DNA from: a virus
Taxonomy: Duplodnaviria > Caudoviricetes
Reading direction: 5' to 3' (one strand)
DNA: 51,613 bases
IMG/VR virus record: IMGVR_UViG_3300011971_000139
Coordinates: 1 to 51,613 of that record
Shown here: positions 48,955 through 51,613 of the stretch, piece after piece
Numbering within the stretch: the first letter of the stretch is position 1
How the letters are laid out: each line of letters opens with the position of its first letter
Made by a program: the position numbers and the translations under genes
Notes under the pieces: generated by a model
Told to the model about the DNA's origin: nothing
What the model saw: the letters and a program-made list of their open reading frames with translations, nothing else
The model's database searches: none

Positions 48955-49215
48955 TTACCCTTTCCGGACAGCTACAGCGAAGGTATTGATGCAACCCTTA
49001 CAAACGTGTTTCCCATTACTCTCGTAAAGGTCTTCCAGCTTTCCGCAAAAGGTGCAGCCGGGCTCATATTTTTTAAGGATAATCTCATCCTTGTCGGTGA
49101 CGTAGAATTCGAGTGGATCTCCTTCTCCAATGTCGTGTGTCTTACGTAACTCCTTAGGGATAACAATTCGACCTAGATCGTCAATCCTTCGAATGATTCC
49201 AGTGGCCTTTTTCAA
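48955..49215 (-). CDS. abrB: AbrB-family transition-state regulator
   Basis: ATGIIRRIDDLGRIVIPKELR...GDPLEF...IILKKYEPGCTFCG...VCKGC. Confidence 0.9.
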   Translation of the reverse strand: MKKATGIIRRIDDLGRIVIPKELRKTHDIGEGDPLEFYVTDKDEIILKKYEPGCTFCGKLEDLYESNGKHVCKGCINTFAVAVRKG

Positions 49216-49227
49216 TTTAATTCCTCC

Positions 49228-49467
49228 TCACAATGTTTTCAGGCGACCAAGTGATCGCATAACCCTTCTACGAACAGCGTCTGCACCTATCCCGTATAAC
49301 TCGCCAACCTGCTTCCAGGTGTGGCCCTCCTTAAACTTCAGGAGATCAGCGACGTCAGGTTCTTCAAATTTCCTTTTTACTGACACCAATCCCATAACGC
49401 GAAAAGCCTCTTCCGGAATCTTCCCTGACAAGACACAAACGCATAAAGCGTAATAGTTGAGTTTCAT
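49228..49467 (-). CDS. Small HTH-containing protein
   Basis: NYYALCVCVL...GHTWKQVGELYGI..DAVRRR. Confidence 0.7.
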   Translation of the reverse strand: MKLNYYALCVCVLSGKIPEEAFRVMGLVSVKRKFEEPDVADLLKFKEGHTWKQVGELYGIGADAVRRRVMRSLGRLKTL

Positions 49468-49468
49468 C

Positions 49469-49729
49469 TCAGACCCGGGATGCTGCATTTCGCACCTTCT
49501 TCTTCCGCGACCTTGGGAAATTTGCGTACCGGTCTTTTCTTGATCTAACCGAGCAAGCTTTCTCCCTTGCGAAAATAGGGGTAAAGGTAGTTGTAAGGTT
49601 CCCAGTGGCCCAACACCCTTCAGGACCGCGTTTCCACTTCATACCGCATCCATCAACTGGACAACGGGACTCGTTTACACTTTTTGGAAAACTCATGACC
49701 CGGCCACACTTGCATTTTGGAGTAAGCAT
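49469..49729 (-). CDS. Cys-rich basic hypothetical protein
   Basis: AGGAGG RBS and CKCG...CPVDGCG. Confidence 0.6.
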   Translation of the reverse strand: MLTPKCKCGRVMSFPKSVNESRCPVDGCGMKWKRGPEGCWATGNLTTTFTPIFAREKACSVRSRKDRYANFPRSRKKKVRNAASRV

Positions 49730-49919
49730 CCACTCTTCCTCCTATTCGTGGTATAATAGTTTCTGAAAGTAATTTCTCTTGAGTCCGTTTGGCGTTAGCG
49801 CGCCGGCGGGCTTTGTTCTTTTTTGCGGAGTAATACTGGCAGTAGATCCAGAAGGCTATGATCGTCGGCATGAAATGACCAAGGATTGTCGCTTGCGTGT
49901 GATCCAACATAAAGCTCAT
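49653..49919 (-). CDS. Hypothetical membrane-anchored protein
   Basis: N-terminal hydrophobic segment, in the early operon. Confidence 0.45.
   Translation of the reverse strand: MSFMLDHTQATILGHFMPTIIAFWIYCQYYSAKKNKARRRANAKRTQEKLLSETIIPRIGGRVDAYSKMQVWPGHEFSKKCKRVPLSS
49749..49824 (+). ncRNA. Candidate short antisense RNA
   Basis: Extended -10 TGGTATAAT (49749-49757), then after about 25 nt a GC hairpin and TTTGTTCTTTTTT, on the strand opposite the early operon. Confidence 0.4.
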
Positions 49920-49921
49920 CT

Positions 49922-50335
49922 CTAACATCCGATTAGCTTGTTGTAGGAAGCCTCCAAGTCGTCTAAGGCGTTACCTAATGCTTCATACACCCTAGCGTCT
50001 TCTACGCTGGTCCAGTTACTCGCCATGGCCAAGAGCACCTCAGTCCCTAAGTCCTTGAATGCCTTTCTCACATCTCTAGTCAGCCCCTTTTTGTGCTTCG
50101 GTGTTATTGGGGCCAGTGCTTTTTCAAACTCAGCATTCGGAGCCATGCCTTTGCATTCATCAAATTTTTGGTTCGGGGCAACGCCTTTGCATTTTGCTAT
50201 TGTGATACCCAACTGGCTACGCTTTGCATAAACCTCAGTTAAGTTGCACTCCAGTAGCTTCGCGATCTCCCTATTTCCCTTACCTGAATAGCAGAGTTGC
50301 TTGAGCTTATCAACTTTAAAATCTGTCCATATCAT
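49922..50335 (-). CDS. GcrA-like N-terminal HTH protein
   Basis: WTDFKVDKLKQL...GKGNREIAKLL.....VYAKRSQLG. Confidence 0.7.
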   Translation of the reverse strand: MIWTDFKVDKLKQLCYSGKGNREIAKLLECNLTEVYAKRSQLGITIAKCKGVAPNQKFDECKGMAPNAEFEKALAPITPKHKKGLTRDVRKAFKDLGTEVLLAMASNWTSVEDARVYEALGNALDDLEASYNKLIGC

Positions 50336-50373
50336 TTTGTTATCACCTCCCTCGATTGGCTTGTCCCACAGAA

Positions 50374-50514
50374 CTACAAACGCATGGATCCACTGCGGAA
50401 AATAACTGATACCAAGTGATCCTTCCTAGCTTGATCCTTCATGCGCCAGAGATAATCGGCAACGGTCCAACGGATACGATTGGATTTAAGTAAGAGTTTA
50501 CGGAGTGTCTTCAT
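50374..50514 (-). CDS. Small hypothetical protein (46 aa)
   Basis: GGGAGGTG RBS, then MKTLRKLLLKSNRIRW... Confidence 0.5.
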   Translation of the reverse strand: MKTLRKLLLKSNRIRWTVADYLWRMKDQARKDHLVSVIFRSGSMRL

Positions 50515-50529
50515 CTGTTCTCACCTCCC

Positions 50530-51231
50530 TAACCAACTTTTTCACAAATTAAGCAGTTTTAAGATATTTCCTCGAAATGATATCTTTTATGGCTTGGTAA
50601 TCATAATCCAAATCAATTAATGAACTTACTTGTCCTTCAAGCTTTTCGACTCGCCCTAATTCCGCAGACGTAAATCTATTTCGCAAATTATCAGTTTTGC
50701 TGATGCAGTGAAATTCCCTCAACTGTTTTGTGTTTTTGCCAAACACTATTTTGTAAACGAGATCCGTATAGTGCTTGTATTTCATGGATTTGTGTGGGCT
50801 TTCGGGTAAACCTTGGATAGCGTTTGTTAATGCTTCCCGTGCTTGCTTCCCGATCTGGCGTGTTACTTTGCGGTTCATTAGTTCTTTTTGCATTAGGTAG
50901 AATTGTTTGACTAGGACTTTTTTGAATTGCCTGACCGGTAGAGTGTTTTTCATGTAGATGATAAGCAAAGTCGCTTGCTGTTCGTTCAACTTGTATACCT
51001 TCTCTGATTGGCCACTTTCTAAAGGACGGATTTCAAATCCGAGCTTTCCGAATTCTTCGAGATCGTTTTCATAGTTTCGAATCAATCTTTGGACAGTATC
51101 GTGTTTAACATTTCCGTTTTCCGCAATGACCTTTGAGGTAGTAAAAGGTATCTCGTTCAGGTCATCTGGTTCAAGAAAAACTAGATTGTTCAATTAAATC
51201 CTCCTTATCTCCTTAACCAACTTTTTCACAA
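50530..51231. repeat. 18-bp exact direct repeat flanking the rha gene
   Basis: TAACCAACTTTTTCACAA at 50530-50547 and 51214-51231. Confidence 0.9.
50549..51193 (-). CDS. Rha-family phage regulatory protein
   Basis: PFTTSKVIAE....HDTVQRLI...LNEQQATLL..YMKNT..V..FKK.LVKQF. Confidence 0.9.
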   Translation of the reverse strand: MNNLVFLEPDDLNEIPFTTSKVIAENGNVKHDTVQRLIRNYENDLEEFGKLGFEIRPLESGQSEKVYKLNEQQATLLIIYMKNTLPVRQFKKVLVKQFYLMQKELMNRKVTRQIGKQAREALTNAIQGLPESPHKSMKYKHYTDLVYKIVFGKNTKQLREFHCISKTDNLRNRFTSAELGRVEKLEGQVSSLIDLDYDYQAIKDIISRKYLKTA

Positions 51232-51374
51232 GCCGAGCTGTATAGGTCATGATCCGCTTCTTTGTCCTTCAATTCTTGATTTTTTACTAAATTAAGTATT
51301 TCAAGTACCCCAACTCGAACTTTTTTTGGATCATATACCGACGGAAGATAAATAGTCTTACCTAATGCCACCAA
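51213..51374 (-). CDS. Small hypothetical protein (53 aa)
   Basis: AGGTGA RBS, then (M)VALGKTIYLPSVYDPKKVRVGVLEIL...SACEKVG*. Confidence 0.5.
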   Translation of the reverse strand: MVALGKTIYLPSVYDPKKVRVGVLEILNLVKNQELKDKEADHDLYSSACEKVG

Positions 51375-51376
51375 AA

Positions 51377-51613
51377 TCAGCTCACCTGCCCTTTATCTAC
51401 GCCCTGTGCGTAATTACCGCTTAAAAAAATACTGTCTAACGACATTTCCAGTTCCTTTGCTAATAGCACCAGGGTGTTAATACCTGGGCTTTTCCGTCCC
51501 GCCTCGATATCACATATCAGCTGAGGACTTCGTCCTATACGTGCCGCCAACTCGGTTTGAGACATCGATTTTTCTTCTCGCTTTTCTTTGATTGTTGCTG
51601 CTAGGGTTTCCAC
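51377..51613 (-). CDS. Cro-like XRE HTH protein, first gene of the early operon (start at window edge)
   Basis: IKEKREEKSMSQTELAARIGRSPQLICDIEAGRKSP. Confidence 0.88.
   Translation of the reverse strand: METLAATIKEKREEKSMSQTELAARIGRSPQLICDIEAGRKSPGINTLVLLAKELEMSLDSIFLSGNYAQGVDKGQVS

Larger units (their letters stand above)
820..51613 (-). mobile_element. Temperate siphophage-type prophage (incomplete in window, possibly defective)
   Basis: Colinear early, replication, packaging, head, tail and lysis modules lie on the minus strand and end at the interrupted comM. Confidence 0.97.

Noticed and set aside
7698-49453. Numerous plus-strand ORFs opposite phage genes (e.g. 19175-19777, 32297-32800, 38689-39225, 45603-46232)
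   Set aside because: No recognisable motifs, and they lie entirely antisense to well-supported genes.
1-51613. tRNA/rRNA genes, IS transposases, integrase
   Set aside because: None was recognised by eye. tRNAscan/Infernal were not run, so short RNAs could have been missed.

Overview
Almost the whole window (~820-51613) is the left-hand ~51 kb of a temperate siphophage-type prophage in a spore-forming Bacillota (Firmicutes) host. It is read mostly on the minus strand and sits inside the 5' end of comM (YifB family). Right to left it contains: early genes (Cro-like HTH, Rha, AbrB); a DUF2800-DUF2815-PolA-VirE-VRR-NUC-SNF2 replication module with a clamp-like gene and a SpoVK/CbbX-like AAA ATPase; a late activator; terminases, SPP1-type portal and head genes; tail genes; a lysis cassette; and a ~6.5 kb accessory region next to the attachment site. 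Integrase, repressor and the comM 5' end are not in the window and are expected beyond the right edge. The most interesting observations are: (i) a three-ORF accessory operon in which an A9 slippery tract could fuse a wHTH/Zn-ribbon protein to a separately initiated protein with an N/G/S-rich, amyloid-like segment, making it a candidate defence system; (ii) comM interruption with sigma-H and LexA sites next to the junction, a candidate excision switch; (iii) a 4-nt TTAG insertion in the SNF2 Walker A codons; (iv) several sporulation-type genes and promoters; (v) extra domains inserted in the capsid, Dit and tail proteins. Several 1-nt frameshifts could be real decay or assembly errors, and the sequence alone cannot separate these. 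All family assignments come from motif recognition by eye, not database searches.
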